A stretch of 64,000 nt of DNA, taken from a virus (lineage: Duplodnaviria; Caudoviricetes). This document shows, one piece after another, positions 28,523-40,000 of the stretch. The notes under the pieces were generated by a model. The model was not told the DNA's origin. It was given only the letters and a program-made list of their open reading frames with translations, and did no database searches. Position numbers and translations under genes: made by a program. The stretch lies in IMG/VR virus record IMGVR_UViG_3300035208_004923, positions 160,001 to 224,000 of that record; one strand, given 5' to 3'. Within the stretch, counting starts at the first letter, position 1; the number at the start of each line of letters is the position of its first letter.

Positions 28523-28789
28523 TTATTTCTTTAGCTTTTCGATTTCAGATAATATAAAGTTTCCAACATGCTTACTTATTTCAGGTATTTCGATACCTGT
28601 TTCTTTAGATATCTTGTGCATCCATTCAACTTCTGATGTACGAATCTGTTCAACTTTTTCTGACAACTGCTGTTGAACAGTTGAAAGGTTATTTAATTTT
28701 TCTTGATTTGCATCAATTTCTTTTTGCAATTCAACAAATGATGTAAATATTTCAAGTGCTCGTGTTTTTTGTTCTTCTGTAAGTGTCAT
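28523..28789 (-). CDS. Small coiled-coil hypothetical protein
   Basis: 88 aa heptad-rich ORF with its own promoter motif. Confidence 0.65.
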   Translation of the reverse strand: MTLTEEQKTRALEIFTSFVELQKEIDANQEKLNNLSTVQQQLSEKVEQIRTSEVEWMHKISKETGIEIPEISKHVGNFILSEIEKLKK

Positions 28790-28811
28790 TTTATATTTAG
28801 TTTTATAGAAT

Positions 28812-28837
28812 TTATATACAAGATAATGAATTAGTTT
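28812..28837 (-). promoter_or_regulatory. Bipartite promoter AAACTA-N11-TGTATATAA
   Basis: Same fixed spacing as the other copies. Confidence 0.6.
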
Positions 28838-28913
28838 TATTTGTATAGTTGTATACTTAAAGTTATTAAAAGTTCATCCATGATCGTTGTATGATCATTT
28901 ACAAATAGAATAG

Positions 28914-29588
28914 TTATTTAGTTTCTTTTGTCTTTTTTTCTTTATCATTTTGTATTTTATCGTATAAACATTTAGCAACCCATAAAGAATCGACAATATC
29001 ATCAATAGGTTTTGCCCAATGTTTTGCTTTTGGCGATTGAAATAATTCTACATGTGAAATTAAATGTTGTTGTAACTTCATTTCCGCAAAAAACTCTGAA
29101 CGTATGTATGCTTCTATCATTTCAGGTTTTTTATAATTGCCTTTACCTGCTGTTTTCTTAACAGTACCTGGCGAAAAGATATGGATATCTTCGTATTTAA
29201 TACCTAATGTTTTTACTAAAACATATCGCAAAACAAAATGATATCCTGCATATGTCAATATTGAAGATCCTGTACTTGCAAACGATAATCCTTCTAATCC
29301 TATATGTATTTTTTGTCCATTTGCAATTTTTCCAATTGCTTTACAAATATTATCAGCTAATAGTTCGGCATCATAACTATATGAACACTCCATATTATCC
29401 AAATTTGTAAATGCATCAGTATGTTCCATTATTTCAACTGTTACTTCTGCAGATTCAAATGTTTCAACATATTTATCTTTAATATTGCCACGTCGAGGAA
29501 ACGCATATGACTTAATGCCAGAATCGCTTATAACTGTCATTGCGCTTGATGTTCTTGAATAGTCAAGTCCTATAAAAATTTCATTCAT
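28914..29588 (-). CDS. RuvC-like Holliday junction resolvase
   Basis: IGLDYS, IGLEGLSF, PGTVKK..GKGN..K and DDIVDS acidic residues. ATG at 29588. Confidence 0.8.
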   Translation of the reverse strand: MNEIFIGLDYSRTSSAMTVISDSGIKSYAFPRRGNIKDKYVETFESAEVTVEIMEHTDAFTNLDNMECSYSYDAELLADNICKAIGKIANGQKIHIGLEGLSFASTGSSILTYAGYHFVLRYVLVKTLGIKYEDIHIFSPGTVKKTAGKGNYKKPEMIEAYIRSEFFAEMKLQQHLISHVELFQSPKAKHWAKPIDDIVDSLWVAKCLYDKIQNDKEKKTKETK

Positions 29589-29622
29589 ATTTAATTTGTT
29601 TTGCACAATATGTGCGTGAATA

Positions 29623-29946
29623 CTATCGGCCGCCTATCGCAGCACCTAATGCAGTTGTAACAAGACGAGATGTTAATGTATCATACAAAATTCCTTGTGT
29701 TATACCTAATGCATGACAAATTGCTTTTCCAATTGCAGGACCTGCAACTGCACCGGCAATACCGCCAACAATTGAACCAAAAAGTCCTTCGTCCATATTA
29801 TCTAATGTTCCACCATTTTCAAGATGTTCTAATAACTTAACATAAACTATTTCAGCTTCTTTTAATTCTATTGGCGTTAAACCTTGTACCATTTCGCCTT
29901 CTAATAATGGCTTATCTTCTGCTACTATTTCTTTAAAATCTTTCAT
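29623..29946 (-). CDS. Glycine-zipper membrane-active small protein
   Basis: Acidic N-half followed by GLFGSIVGGIAGAVAGPAIG and ALGAAIGG. Confidence 0.65.
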   Translation of the reverse strand: MKDFKEIVAEDKPLLEGEMVQGLTPIELKEAEIVYVKLLEHLENGGTLDNMDEGLFGSIVGGIAGAVAGPAIGKAICHALGITQGILYDTLTSRLVTTALGAAIGGR

Positions 29947-29947
29947 T

Positions 29948-30493
29948 TTAATCTAATCTTTTTATTATGTGTGGGTAATTGTATGCAAAGTCGCATGTAA
30001 ATGTTTTAAATTCAGGTGTGTTACTAGAAAATGATAAATCTAAAGCAGAAATGCCTGTGAATATTATCTTTTCAAATTTGAATGCAATTAATTCAAATCC
30101 CGTGTTATCTAAAAATTGTAATACGAAATCATTTAACATATAATTTGTTTGGTCGTATGAATAAAACTTTTGAAGTTGTTCAAACATAATCCAGTAATTT
30201 ATATATCCCTCATATAATTTGAATGTTATCGAAAATTCTCTAGTTAGCCATCTTTCTAATTTACCTCGACCTCTCCATTTAATAGGATCTTCAAATGACG
30301 TTTGGTCAACAGTAGGTCCAGCAGCAGCGGGAAACGAAACTCCTTGTATACTTGCATTTACAAAATCTGGAATATTATCGTACGGAACTGGAAGTCGATT
30401 CAAATAAAATTCATACTTTTCAGTTACATCTTTATAAAAAAATTCCTTTGGAATTTCTAATCTAAAATTATTGTTCTTTGCATTTAAAATCAT
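29948..30493 (-). CDS. Tail tube-like or baseplate tube initiator protein (gp19/gp54 fold)
   Basis: IQGVSFP, FSITFKL.E...NY, LDLSF and FTCDFAY pattern in a structural context. Confidence 0.6.
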   Translation of the reverse strand: MILNAKNNNFRLEIPKEFFYKDVTEKYEFYLNRLPVPYDNIPDFVNASIQGVSFPAAAGPTVDQTSFEDPIKWRGRGKLERWLTREFSITFKLYEGYINYWIMFEQLQKFYSYDQTNYMLNDFVLQFLDNTGFELIAFKFEKIIFTGISALDLSFSSNTPEFKTFTCDFAYNYPHIIKRLD

Positions 30494-30503
30494 ATTGTTC
30501 TAC

Positions 30504-32720
30504 TTATTTTCCGCAACCTGTTGAACTATCAGTTGCTGTTCCATTCGTTGTTGCATTTGCACCTGATGTACCGATATTACTACCGTTATCATTATTACCC
30601 GTGTTATTACCGCCTGGTGGTACAATTGTCTTATTAATTTTATTCGTATCGTCAACAACTGTTTGATTTGCCGATGAACTTGAACCATTACCTGTTCCAC
30701 CTGTTATAATTGCGGGATCTTTAGATATTGCAATACCGTTAGTTAATGTACTAGTACTTACTTGTGCAATTGTTGATGGTAATGCATTTTTAATTGCTTG
30801 TTGTTGTGAAGCAGACAATAAAGATATCGCATTAAGAATAGCAGTTAATTGTTTTTGCAATTCAGCTGACTGTTTTGCCAACATAAATCTATCTTGTTCT
30901 AATTTTGAATATTCTGAAGCCAATAAAAGTTTCATTGCATTTAAACGTGCTTCCCATTCTTTCATAAAATCAATAAATGGCTGATTTGCATCTAACGGAT
31001 TATATTCATTAGAATCTTTAAATTTGCCATGATATATAAGTGTTTCCAATGATGAACTATCAGCAACTGATACAATGTAAAAAGATTTTTCTTTTATTTG
31101 TTTTAATATTTTTTGAGAATCTTCACGTTTTATTAAAGCTTTGCATTCGCCATTTTGTCCATTCGTTTTCTCCATAGGAAAACTTAATACTTGTCCATTA
31201 TCTAAAATTATATTAAGAAATAAATTTAGATTAGTAATATTTTTTGGTATGTAACTGCCATTTACTAAAGATACTATTGCAAACTGTATAACATTATCGA
31301 ATTTGCTGATGTAAATAGTAACCTCACCTTGACCATAAAATATTTTTGTATCTTTTACCTCAGATGTTTCAACATTTAATGCAACATTATATCTGTCAGT
31401 ATACACATCAACGTATTTTGTCGATACCGGCATTGGTTTACTTACAGCAGCAGTTGTTCCTTGTAATCGTTTAAGATTGATGACTTTATTATATACTTTT
31501 AACGGTTTTATTGAAACATCAATATTTATTTTCATCAATCCTTTTCCATATTTCGATGGTTCGAGTGATGTTAAACTTGCAGTTCTAATAATTTGTTCGG
31601 AAGTTGCTCTGTTAAAGAATTTCATTACATAATAAATTGTAAATGAAAATGCAGTAGCAGCATTCTTTATTATTGGTCTAAAATAATTAGGTGTATCATA
31701 ATTTTCATTTTGCACTTGAGTTATTTGTGCTGTTTGATTTACATCAACACCAACTTGTTCAAGAACCCTAATTTCGTTAACTACTGTCCAATCATTATTT
31801 CCTGTTGAGTTAAGATTATTTATGTAATTGTCAATAAATGTTCCTTGCCATGTTGGATAGTATTCAAAGTAATCACCATCGGCACCTTCTTTAACAACAC
31901 ATTGTAAATTTGAAAAATTATCAGTGCATAAAACTGATGCAGTTACTTGATTTCTAACATCGAAATAATCTACATCATTTATTGTTTCAACATTCACCAA
32001 TTCATGTAATGTAAAGAAAATTGGTGAATCTTTAACAATCCCACCTGGGTTTGTGTTTTGTGCAATTGTTGGATGCGTATAGTTATATTCAAAACCTGTA
32101 GCATTATCAGGATTTTGCCAATATTCTGTTTGTATAAACTCCAATGATGGCATACTGAATGTAAGATATTTATCGTACATTTTTTCAGATAGCATAACAG
32201 GTGACGGATTAAACACAGGTGTTTGTGTTTGCAAATCAGCGGAAAAACAGAATGTTGCGACTTTTAGATTTGACTTTGAGTTTTCTTTAAAGAAAACTTC
32301 TAGCACGAATCCGTCTATACCTTCAAAATTATAGCCTGATAACACATGCATTTTCAATGTATCATAACTAACATTTGAGATTCGACTATTATAATCTTCC
32401 AAAACAATTTCTGGGTGCTGTGTAAACACGTTTTCACCACTTCCTATTGTTGATAATGCCCATTTTGTTTGTTGCGCATTAACTGGGAGTGCAGTCCAAT
32501 CTAAACAGTTGCCTGTTATATGCATGCCATTTACTGGTGCACCTTGGTTTACAAATTGATATTCGTTAGTGAAAGAATTTGTTATTCTATATATGCCTGC
32601 ATACGTATCACCAACAGTTTCCGGAACTGTTGGATAATTTAAACTTGTAGGCGCATTCGCTGTGTACGAATACTCAAGTAATAACCAATCATTTAACTGT
32701 ATGTATCTTGATGTTACCAT
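30504..32720 (-). CDS. Putative virion structural protein
   Basis: 738 aa, beta-rich with a coiled coil and a G/S/T/N-rich tail, inside the structural block. Confidence 0.55.
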   Translation of the reverse strand: MVTSRYIQLNDWLLLEYSYTANAPTSLNYPTVPETVGDTYAGIYRITNSFTNEYQFVNQGAPVNGMHITGNCLDWTALPVNAQQTKWALSTIGSGENVFTQHPEIVLEDYNSRISNVSYDTLKMHVLSGYNFEGIDGFVLEVFFKENSKSNLKVATFCFSADLQTQTPVFNPSPVMLSEKMYDKYLTFSMPSLEFIQTEYWQNPDNATGFEYNYTHPTIAQNTNPGGIVKDSPIFFTLHELVNVETINDVDYFDVRNQVTASVLCTDNFSNLQCVVKEGADGDYFEYYPTWQGTFIDNYINNLNSTGNNDWTVVNEIRVLEQVGVDVNQTAQITQVQNENYDTPNYFRPIIKNAATAFSFTIYYVMKFFNRATSEQIIRTASLTSLEPSKYGKGLMKINIDVSIKPLKVYNKVINLKRLQGTTAAVSKPMPVSTKYVDVYTDRYNVALNVETSEVKDTKIFYGQGEVTIYISKFDNVIQFAIVSLVNGSYIPKNITNLNLFLNIILDNGQVLSFPMEKTNGQNGECKALIKREDSQKILKQIKEKSFYIVSVADSSSLETLIYHGKFKDSNEYNPLDANQPFIDFMKEWEARLNAMKLLLASEYSKLEQDRFMLAKQSAELQKQLTAILNAISLLSASQQQAIKNALPSTIAQVSTSTLTNGIAISKDPAIITGGTGNGSSSSANQTVVDDTNKINKTIVPPGGNNTGNNDNGSNIGTSGANATTNGTATDSSTGCGK

Positions 32721-32722
32721 AA

Positions 32723-33580
32723 TTAAAATTCAAATATTTTATACGTTAAGCCGATTCCAATAAAAACTGAAGGATTGAATCCTGTCGATATTCCGAATCC
32801 AATTTGTGGTCCAACAACAAAACGTTTTCTTGGGAAATACGATTTTATTAAAGGATCTTTTTGTGGGTCAATAATTGCTCCTTCTAATTCACTAATAACA
32901 AATCCTGGATAATCTGAACGAACAAATATTCGTAATGTATTATCTTTTTTGTCACGTTCTAATCCTGTAACAATTGCAACATGAATTTCATCTTCTACTG
33001 CAACGTTAACTGCATTTTTATCAATAACAGGTAACTTTACATTAAATGTTTTATTACCTTTTATAATTTGTACATTAACTGTAGAATCTTGTAAAAAACC
33101 AACATCAATAGAACCTGAAATTATATGTTCATTTCCTTTTGAATAAATTTTATCATAATTAAATGTTACTGTTTGCGTACCGTCTTTATTTACAGTAACA
33201 TCAACCGCACCTGGATTTGTTGTGTTGTTTAATTTTGCAATCGAATCTTTCAATGCAGCGTTTAATTTTGTAATGTAAATAACTTTTCCTTTTTCTTTGT
33301 TAACTTCATCAGACAATCCTTTGTTTAATGTTTTCAAATTGCCGTTTTCTGCCGCAAGTACGCCTCTCTTATATTCTATTTCTTTTGCTTTATTTCTTTC
33401 AACAATAATAGAATCATGCTGTGCTGTTATATTTTGTTTCAATCTAGTTATTTCTTTATCTTGCGAATTTTGACCACAACCTTTAAAAATAAAAATTGAC
33501 ATAATGAATATAACAACAAGTAATGCTGTTTTCTGTACTGTTTGGTTTTTTAACCAATCTTTAATTGTATTTGTATTCAT
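32723..33580 (-). CDS. Spanin-like membrane/lipoprotein
   Basis: N-terminal hydrophobic helix ending FKGC, a coiled coil, and C-terminal amphipathic beta strands ending in F (GPQIGFG...IGIGLTYKIFEF). Confidence 0.55.
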   Translation of the reverse strand: MNTNTIKDWLKNQTVQKTALLVVIFIMSIFIFKGCGQNSQDKEITRLKQNITAQHDSIIVERNKAKEIEYKRGVLAAENGNLKTLNKGLSDEVNKEKGKVIYITKLNAALKDSIAKLNNTTNPGAVDVTVNKDGTQTVTFNYDKIYSKGNEHIISGSIDVGFLQDSTVNVQIIKGNKTFNVKLPVIDKNAVNVAVEDEIHVAIVTGLERDKKDNTLRIFVRSDYPGFVISELEGAIIDPQKDPLIKSYFPRKRFVVGPQIGFGISTGFNPSVFIGIGLTYKIFEF

Positions 33581-33582
33581 AA

Positions 33583-34458
33583 TTATGGTTTTACTTGTCC
33601 TGTTAAATCATAAGTTGGTATTGCTGGTATGATTATGTTTTCAACTATCCAAAAGTTACCTGGCGTATTTGATGGGTATCCGTCAAAAGGTAACGGAGAA
33701 TATGGAACATAATTTTCAATATACCTTAATTTTATTATTTTTTCTGAAAATGCAATTGCTTGCATTTTCTTCTCTGTACTTTGTGCGTAATATTTTAGAT
33801 TGTCTGTCGTTGATACAGAATCGGCAACTAAATCACTCCATGAAAATAAATTTTTTTTTCTATCATACGTAACATACGCAGAGCCGTGAAAAATCATATT
33901 ACTAGGCGATGTACCATCAACTATTAAAGATGACGAAGATCCATTTGAACTATAATGCGTGGCATTATAATGCGAAAGATACTCCATGAAATTTGTGTTG
34001 AAGTTATAATCTTTTGACGTAATTGAATATTCTGTGCTATCTAATTGTTCATTCCAAAAATCGCCATGAACTTTTGTTGGCAATAAACTACCTGGAGCAC
34101 CGCCTGTTGGGTACGCAAATTGTCCTGGGCTACTTGTTGGAGTAAACATAGGAAACAAAATATTTTGTACTTGAGATTTTCCAGCAGTTACAGGAATTTT
34201 GTCTGAATAATTATGCGGCCATAATAATAATCCAATAGTTCCGTATTTTATAGGTGGATTCGTCGAATCGCATCCTAAATGAATAGTCAATTCATAACCG
34301 CTATACACATCTTTCGGCGGTTCAATTCTATAAATGTATCGTGAACCTGCACGGGTTTCGATATTATTACTCAATCTTATATAATTTTTCGTAAATTGTG
34401 ATAAGTCTAATATTTTAAAATTAGATGCTGTATAATCGTAATAATCTTTTCTTGCCAT
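33583..34458 (-). CDS. Hypothetical protein (tail-fibre associated)
   Basis: 291 aa, directly downstream of the collagen-repeat gene. Confidence 0.55.
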   Translation of the reverse strand: MARKDYYDYTASNFKILDLSQFTKNYIRLSNNIETRAGSRYIYRIEPPKDVYSGYELTIHLGCDSTNPPIKYGTIGLLLWPHNYSDKIPVTAGKSQVQNILFPMFTPTSSPGQFAYPTGGAPGSLLPTKVHGDFWNEQLDSTEYSITSKDYNFNTNFMEYLSHYNATHYSSNGSSSSLIVDGTSPSNMIFHGSAYVTYDRKKNLFSWSDLVADSVSTTDNLKYYAQSTEKKMQAIAFSEKIIKLRYIENYVPYSPLPFDGYPSNTPGNFWIVENIIIPAIPTYDLTGQVKP

Positions 34459-34460
34459 TT

Positions 34461-37025
34461 TTATAAATTTTGTATGTTAATGTATGTGTTATCGTCATAT
34501 GTAATATCGCTTGTTGACCCGCCAGATTGCGCTAAATTTTCAATTGTAACGATACGCCATTTATATTTATCAGCATCATATATTTTAGTTGCTTGTGATA
34601 CTAAATGTATGTATGCTGATTTATATTTTATCAATTTTAATTTTATCAAAAATTGATTTCCTGCTGATATTATTTTTTTGTCTTTTTGCGTTAATGTATA
34701 TGCAGTTTGTACAACGTTATTTATATCATTGAATACTATTTTTATTGTAGTGCTAGATAAATTAAGAACAGGCTTTGTGCTATCAACAGTACTAAATATT
34801 ATAGTATGTTCTTCACCTAAGTTTTCTTCTATATTTGATAAAGTATATGTAGGCAATACAATGTCTAAAGTGCTCACAGGTATTGATACATTATCATATT
34901 GCACCTGCCAAATTGGCCATTCAAATATATGATATAAACAATCTTTTGAAATAGACTGTCCTGTTGCTGCATTAACGCCAAATCCCATTCCAATCAATAC
35001 AGATAAATCAAAGTACTCATATTTTCCAACAATTGTTTGCATTGATTGCCATTGAGCAATACCGTCTGCTGTTTTACTTGTTAATACTTTGCCTAATACA
35101 TTTGTTGAATCAGGCGTCATTTGAAATCTTGCATTATCCAAAAACAATGCAACTGATTTATCAGTTGGGTTTGTAGGTTTATATGAAGCACTTGTTTGTG
35201 CTGTTGGCGTACTTTTCAGCCAAAGATAATTTTCGCTTGGTATTGTATGATTATCAGTATATCTAAAAAAGCCTAAAGTATATGAATCTTGTATGCCCCA
35301 TATATGGCCATTTATCATATAGTTCGGACCAAATGTATCACCTATATTGCTTATATATGCAGATCTGCCTTGTATTGTTGTAACAGTACTTGCCCATGCG
35401 TATTGTTGTTCTCGTATTTTCGAGTACGTTTGGTCAGGGCGTATTAATTCAACATATGATTTCGCATTGAGATTTGCACGTATGCCTAATGATATGCCAG
35501 GGTTACTTGTTGGTGTTTGTGGAAATACTGCAAAATATTCAGGTGTTCCAGTACCGTTGCCAAATTTGATTTCTGTTTTAAATATTGCGTCAGCAATACC
35601 TGAATGCCAAGTAGGAACACCGCCAAAATAATATTTTGATTTATATGTACTTGCTATATCTACTGTATCATATGCTGCTGCAATATCTTTACCTGATATA
35701 AATGCAATTGCGCCATTTTCATCAATTCTCATTGATTGAAAACGTGCAGTATCAGCATCTGTCTTAATTAAATTACCTGCTGCATTATTATTGCCGTTAT
35801 ATATGTTTATGCTACCAGCATGCGTTCCTGTTGCAGTTGTAACAATTTCTACACCTGTCATTAGTTTCAAATTATCGCCATTGCCATCATTTGTATAAGA
35901 TGCTATACCGAAATTTGTTTTAATTGGCGTTGCTGAAAAATTAGATGCAGATACGATAGTTGAATAATATCTATCATATGCACTTGTTTGTTCATTAGCT
36001 TCAGATATAAATGAACCTTCACTCCAAACTTTTTTAACTTTTAGATAAATGTCATTATTATTATTCTTTTCTGATGAAATGATTAAAACTGATTTATATT
36101 GGGTGTCATTTCCAAATTTTAACGGATCTTTTAATTTTTGAATAAATACGCCAAAATTTGATGCAAGAATAGGATCTTCGCTTAATGTATTATCTTCTTT
36201 TCTTACATGACCTTCTAAATATAAAACAGGAGCAGCAGTTCTTATATAATCAAACTTGCTCAAATCTGGGTTATAAACTGAACCAATTGTTATCGGAACA
36301 ACGTTAATATCTTCATAATTTGGTTGCAAATAGTTAACAGCGTCATACATGTTTGGTATTCTTGATGAAATTTCAACAATATCAGCATCTCTGAACTCGC
36401 TTCCAATAGGTGCACTTGTATTTGTTAATCCTAATTTGAAATGCGGCTTCTTATGAACCAAAATATCTGTATTATTTGAACCACCGAATGTTCCACTATT
36501 ATAATCTCTATAAGATACATACGCGTTACGTAATACATATTCATTTCCAGGATTTGCTTCATCAGCAGCACCTAAAAATGTTATGTTGTTTTCTAATGGG
36601 TATGTTGTCCAAACAGTATCTTGCGTTGTAGTAGGTGCAAATGAAGAAACTTGATAATCGTACGCAATTGGCGTGCCGATTGTTTCAACAATTTTGTATA
36701 ACTTGGTGTTCTCTACAAATGAATCGCCTATGTTATATGTTTTGTTTGCAATCAACGTTGGCAAATCATTAATAGCAGGTCTAGGTGTACCTGGGTATAA
36801 ATTGCTATTATCAGGTGTTGTGAAAAATATTCTAGTGCCATTTACGCCATCATCACCTTTTATTCCATTTCGTCCTTGCCCACCAGGTAATCCAGGTTGT
36901 CCACTCCCACCGCGTAATCCACGTGGCCCGCCATTTAGTTGTGCAATTTGTATGAAATTATCGTTTACCTTTTGTATGAAGACATCATATTGTTCGTTTC
37001 CTAATATCTTTTGAATATTTACCAT
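34461..37025 (-). CDS. Tail fibre/appendage protein with a short collagen-like repeat
   Basis: GPRGLRGGSGQPGLPGGQGRNGIKGDDGVNG (Gly-X-Y) and GKVLTSKTADGIAQW fibre-type motif. Confidence 0.7.
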   Translation of the reverse strand: MVNIQKILGNEQYDVFIQKVNDNFIQIAQLNGGPRGLRGGSGQPGLPGGQGRNGIKGDDGVNGTRIFFTTPDNSNLYPGTPRPAINDLPTLIANKTYNIGDSFVENTKLYKIVETIGTPIAYDYQVSSFAPTTTQDTVWTTYPLENNITFLGAADEANPGNEYVLRNAYVSYRDYNSGTFGGSNNTDILVHKKPHFKLGLTNTSAPIGSEFRDADIVEISSRIPNMYDAVNYLQPNYEDINVVPITIGSVYNPDLSKFDYIRTAAPVLYLEGHVRKEDNTLSEDPILASNFGVFIQKLKDPLKFGNDTQYKSVLIISSEKNNNNDIYLKVKKVWSEGSFISEANEQTSAYDRYYSTIVSASNFSATPIKTNFGIASYTNDGNGDNLKLMTGVEIVTTATGTHAGSINIYNGNNNAAGNLIKTDADTARFQSMRIDENGAIAFISGKDIAAAYDTVDIASTYKSKYYFGGVPTWHSGIADAIFKTEIKFGNGTGTPEYFAVFPQTPTSNPGISLGIRANLNAKSYVELIRPDQTYSKIREQQYAWASTVTTIQGRSAYISNIGDTFGPNYMINGHIWGIQDSYTLGFFRYTDNHTIPSENYLWLKSTPTAQTSASYKPTNPTDKSVALFLDNARFQMTPDSTNVLGKVLTSKTADGIAQWQSMQTIVGKYEYFDLSVLIGMGFGVNAATGQSISKDCLYHIFEWPIWQVQYDNVSIPVSTLDIVLPTYTLSNIEENLGEEHTIIFSTVDSTKPVLNLSSTTIKIVFNDINNVVQTAYTLTQKDKKIISAGNQFLIKLKLIKYKSAYIHLVSQATKIYDADKYKWRIVTIENLAQSGGSTSDITYDDNTYINIQNL

Positions 37026-37061
37026 GTTGATGATTAATTTATTTATATATTCCTTTTAAAA

Positions 37062-40000
37062 TTATATACGATTTACATCTATGCCAACTGAATATGTCAA
37101 ATAATCTTTAGTATCAACAAAAATCGAAATTGTCATTTGTAATTCAGATGTTTTGGTTATCTTTACATTTTTGTAATTTGAATATCCTGTGTTTAGTAAC
37201 ATTGATTCTGTTGTATCTAAATTTATTTGATTGCTGTTTGCTTTTATTGCTTTCTTTGCATATACTACAACATTTGTATAAGTATATAAATTTAAAATAT
37301 TAGCAGTAATATAATTTGACATATATAACTCTTTTTCAGCTTGTGACATGTTTGATACTAATGAATTGTCTACATTAGCACTTATCCAATCCAATTCTTT
37401 TATTGCATAATTATCAATCATTTCACGCAATAAACGTTTCTCCAAATTAAAAGTAATGTCAATTCTATTTTGTCCATTATCTATTGACGATATTGAGCCT
37501 ACTGATTTTAAAGCAGATACGTTTGCGCCTATGCTATTGATTTCTTTTATTGAATATTCGCTAGAATTAAAAGAAAAGAAATTAAAACCTTTAGGTACGT
37601 TCATAGTTTTACTTCCAAAAAACGATTTAATTTCAACAACATCGGCCATGCCATCAACTAATATTTTCTCATTTACTGTTGTGTTATTTACATAATATTT
37701 AGAATCCCATGAACTTGCAACAATGCATGTATCTTTTTTATCAATTGCAATTTCATCTATCAATGGATATTTGCTTTCGTAAGAAGAATCGTTTGAAAGT
37801 AATAAAATTTCTTTATCATTAACTTTATTATACGAATGATTAAGAATTACCGCATTATTTTCAATTGATGATCCTATAGATGTATTACATAATGTAAAAT
37901 CCTTTTTGAAATAATTTGAGAATTCAAGTTTTTCATTCAAGTTATATTCAATCACATTTCGCATTTTTGGCGCAAAATGTCCAGTGTAGCGATACAATAC
38001 TTCAGTTGAATCTGTTGACGCAATTGCATAACCTATAGTATCAATAGATTTAAGTTGCGTAGGCTTGTCAGTATCTTTTGTTACTTCTTGTATTTTTGTT
38101 TTTATGATTTTGTTATATTCAATGAATGACAATGCAAATTTATTATTGTATGAACCTTTTGAATCTACTGACACAAACTTTACAACATTGTGTTTTGTTT
38201 GTATCTTATCTGCAATATTTTTAAAAGACAATATATCTGATATTTTGCTATTATAGTTTTCACCACTATTTAGATAATAGATATTTCTATTTCCTCCACC
38301 TTGATGGGTTTCGTAATACGTCGAATTTGTTGTTAATGAATACTGTATTGCATTATTATCGAAATACATATTATAGTAATCATTAAAAGCAACAGGCGTA
38401 TATGTGTTAACTGCAGCAGGATCCTGTTTATCGCTTATATTTATTGACGAATTTGTTGCATTATACATATCTGAACCTAATAACATATCATACATATACA
38501 TTACTGATGGGTTATTTGGATATGACAATGTTTTTCTATAATGGTAAACAATACTTCCCGCTGTTGTTGCGCTTGGTTTATAATTAATGACACTTGGCCC
38601 TGCGTAATCATAGTATAAATTAGCAAAACCTTCAAATGAAATAATTTTACTTATTGGTAAGTTAACGCCATCGTTATCAAAATTTCCTACGTTATATGCT
38701 GTTTGTAAACTACCAGCATTAAATGGGCGGTATTCTTGAAAGTCAATTCCGTATTCGTCATTTAATGAATAATTAAGTTTTCTGTTATTTTTCTTTGTCG
38801 TAAATAACTGTTCAACATCTGTTTGTAATTGAATATCTTTATAGTCAACAATTACACCAAATTTATGCATATTCATATTTTTTTGCATATCATATTCGGT
38901 ATTCCACAAATCTTTCCATTCTCTAGAATTAATGTCTGTGTAAACTTTAATTGAATCTGACTTGAAAGCATTATTTATCGAATAAAGTGCAGCATAAGTT
39001 AACTTATCTAATTTATGATCTTGTAAAAATACTGTTACAACTATCGTAATATTTTTAAATACTTGGTTATCTATAATTTCAATATCATATAATTTATTAA
39101 GTGAAAATACGTCTACTGTTCTTTTTGTTAATATCGCAGTAAACTTATAATCTTCGTACTTTGTTGAATTTGCAACAATATTACCAAATTCGTCAATTTC
39201 ATCTATTTTAATATTAGCGCCATGAAACATTGTTTGTATTTCATTGATGCCATCAATCATTTTCGTAAATGTAAATCGTTCACTTTTTATTTTTGAAACA
39301 TTGTTATCATTATAATTTTCAACAGGATAACCAACTGAAAAATATTTTACGAAATAATCTGTACTTGTATCAGATAACAATTCTTTCCAAGTTCTTGTAT
39401 TATTTGTAAAATTTGGAACATCGCTTAATGATTCAAACATATAACTTCTAGCATTTTGTACAAAATCTATTGGAAATTGCGATGGGTGTTCATCAAGATA
39501 AAGCCATTCATGTGTGTACATACTAGGATCTTTAACAACATCAAAACTAGGCGAGAAGTTTGTTGCACCAAATGCAGATGATAAATTAAATCTGTATTTA
39601 TTGTCTCTAATGTCTGAGCCGTCACTTACCCATTTGTTTATATAAGGAACAACCATTGATGCTGTTGCCCATTCAGTTAAATAGTTTTCTTTTAATCTAT
39701 CGTATTCTGAAATTAACATATCATATACGAATCTACTAAAATCTTCAGCAGCGATTAATCCGCTAACGACTGATTCGTCCGCTAATGATAACAAATCACG
39801 TAATCCTGCAAATCCTTTAAATGTTTGCATGTCTCTATCAATATGTTCAGTTGATATTACAGAAATATTTTCTAAACCCGAATTAACGTTAATAACATTT
39901 TTGTTCATATACAAAAATTTCTCAAAAGTTAAAACTTGAGTACTGCTATTATTTCTTATTCTAATTTTTTCGTATTTTTTGCCTCTTATGTATCTTCTAT

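Noticed and set aside
30500-30700. Alternate-frame minus-strand ORFs (also 12660-12920, 13083-13265, 27022-27207, 47928-48149)
   Set aside because: They are nested in low-complexity or coding parts of larger genes and have no independent start signals.
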